NCBI GenBank assembly: GCA_036508875.1
Contig: DATCGP010000003.1
Coordinates: 1 to 53,420 of the forward strand
Length of the DNA stretch: 53,420 nucleotides
Source: Coriobacteriia bacterium
GTDB taxonomy: Bacteria > Actinomycetota > Coriobacteriia > Anaerosomatales > PALSA-660
Reading direction: 5' to 3'
The stretch's first letter is position 1, and every line of letters starts with the position of its first letter. The translations under genes and the position numbers were made by a program. The notes under the pieces are model-generated. The model had not been told where the DNA came from. It made no database searches and saw nothing but the letters and a program-made list of their open reading frames with translations. Positions 51,562 to 53,420 of this stretch are shown piece after piece.

Positions 51562-53420
51562 TCACAGGCGTATCTCGCCCTTGGCGTACAAACGCTCGCA
51601 CGCGGCGACCACGTCGGGGTCGAACATGCCCGTGCCTTCACTTAGCGCCTGGAGCGCTTGGCCGAGCCCGATGATCGGGCGGTAGGGCCGGTGCGACGCC
51701 ATCGCTTCCACCACGTCGGCGACCGCGATGATCCGCGCCGGTAGCAGTATCTGGTCACCCTTGAGACCTGACGGGTATCCCGAGCCGTCCATGCGCTCGT
51801 GATGCTGCAGCACGATATCCGCGATCGGCCACGGGAACGTGATCTCCTTGAGTATCTCGTACCCCTGGCGCGAGTGATCCTTGATCATCTCGAACTCCGA
51901 GTCCGACAGCGTCCCCGCCTTCGTGAGGATCTCGGCCGGCACGGCGAGCTTCCCGATGTCGTGGAGGAGCGAAGTCATCTGGACCATCGCGATCGAGTCG
52001 TCGTCCATCCCCATCTCCGCAGCCAGCGCCTGAGCGAGTTCGGCCACTCGCCGCTCGTGACCCTGCGTATAGGGGTCGCGCGCCTCGACGATCCGTCCCA
52101 TGGCTCCGACCATGTCCCTCATCATGTGCTCGAGCCGGACGTAGCTTGTCCGCAGCTCGCCCTCGTCACGCTTGGCGCGAACACCGATGCTCTCGACCCC
52201 GAACGACAGGTCCAGCGCGAGCTCCTCGAGCAGCGCCACCTCGCGATCATCGAAGGCACCGGTCTCCCCCGCGAACAGACATAGGACGCCCCAGGTGACG
52301 CCACGAGGGTCGGTGAGCGGCAGACTGAGTGCGGACCGGTAGCCGCGGGCCAGCGCCTGCTCGCGCCAAGGCCCATATGACGGATCGCGTTCGATGTCGG
52401 AGACGCTCACGGGGGCGCCCCCGATATCCGTGCGACGGGTGGTGATCAGCGCATCGCGAACGCCCTGGGTCCCTTCGAGACGGAGCTGGTCCTGGCTGGC
52501 CCCCGCCTCCATCGCCTCGCGTATCGCCGCAGCGGCGATCAGGCGGTCCTCCTCGAGCACCAGCGACAGCGTGTCGGTTCCCGCGATCCCAGCCGTGTCG
52601 AGTCCGGCGAACTGTTCAGCGGCGGCGTTCCACCTGATCAAACGCCCTTCGCGGTCCGTCGCGAAGAACAGCCCCGGTGCGGCGCCGATCACCGCGTCGG
52701 TGAACTCCTTCTCCCAGTCCAGCGTGGCCTGAGCGGACCGGCGCACCGAGTCGTCGCAGCGTCGCCAAGCACCCGGTGACGGCTCCATCGGCATCCGAGA
52801 CAAGCGTGAGCGTGCAGCTGAAGTGGCGACGGCCGTCGGCGAGTCCGATCGACATCGCCCCGCTCACCTCGGTGTGCTCCCGTGCCACGGTGAGCCGCGA
52901 GACCTCGATCTTGTCGAGCGGCTCGTGGCCCTTGGTCAGGTCCCCGTGCCTCCTCCCGTACAGGTGGTCGAGCGCGAGACCGGTCACTCTCAGCGCCGAG
53001 TCGCTGGCGTACATGTACCGGCCTTCAGCATCGAAGAGGAGCAGCAGGTCCGGAGTTGTTCTCATGACGACGTCGAGGACGGCCGCCTGCCGCTCCGCTC
53101 TTCGAGCCAGGTGAGCAAGACGGTCCTCCCACTCGCGCTCCTGACTGACGTCACGGGCGACCGTGGACGCGCCGATCACGCGGCCATCCGAGCCGTGGAC
53201 AGGGGACAGGGTGAGGGAGACGAACAGGATTCGCCCGTCCTTGTGACGGCGCTCCACCCGCAGGTGCTCGATCCGCTCCCCGCGCAGGAGCCGGGGAAGG
53301 TACTCCTCCGCCTCCGCCGCGTTGGCATATCCGGCCAAGATGGTGACGTGCTCGCCCATAACCTCGTCGGGAGCGTATCCGTACAGACGCTGCGCCCCGC
53401 CGTTCCAGCTCGTTATGTGC
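51562..53420 (-). pseudogene. Multi-PAS/GAF/HD-GYP phosphodiesterase, frameshifted (partial at right edge)
   Basis: PAS ORF (open to window end) and PAS-GAF-HD-GYP ORF (HDIGK, HHERMDGSGYP) overlap in different frames around 52750. Confidence 0.7.

Overview
High-GC bacterial chromosome segment, probably Coriobacteriia-like Actinomycetota (inferred from GC-rich sequence plus glyQ/glyS, hrcA-dnaJ, ppdK and the era/recO/ybeY gene order). Positions 13.5-51 kb are mostly a minus-strand housekeeping run, in transcription order: leuS, comEA, comEC, holA, rpsT (+), lepA, hemW, hrcA (with CIRCE), dnaJ, rsmE, mtaB, phoH, HDIG protein, ybeY, dgkA-PAP2, CNNM/CBS protein, cdd, era, deoC, recO, YcxB-like, glyQ, glyS, PPDK regulator, ppdK, dgt, hppA, dnaG and two tandem RpoD-family sigma genes. 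The accessory part is at the left. (1) A 10.5-kb integrative element sits in tRNA-Ile2(CAT), bounded by a perfect 48-bp att duplication (2767-2814 / 13277-13324). It has phage-satellite-like architecture: tyrosine integrase, divergent regulators, Xis-like and Rep-like genes, and no capsid or conjugation genes. Its cargo is arranged as cassettes behind a four-times-repeated promoter module, two copies of which match the PafBC/RecA-NDp DNA-damage motif. The cargo is three lipoproteins, a small membrane protein and a translationally coupled two-gene candidate anti-phage system (a nuclease-less Mrr-N-like coiled-coil protein plus a TM-less DUF4041/GIY-YIG SNIPE-like nuclease). The element also carries an internal inverted att-like site. 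(2) A ~1.1-kb methyltransferase islet lies at tRNA-Val. The right end holds a frameshifted PAS/GAF/HD-GYP gene and a mini PilC/GspF-like membrane protein. All family assignments are from motif recognition by eye, not from database searches.
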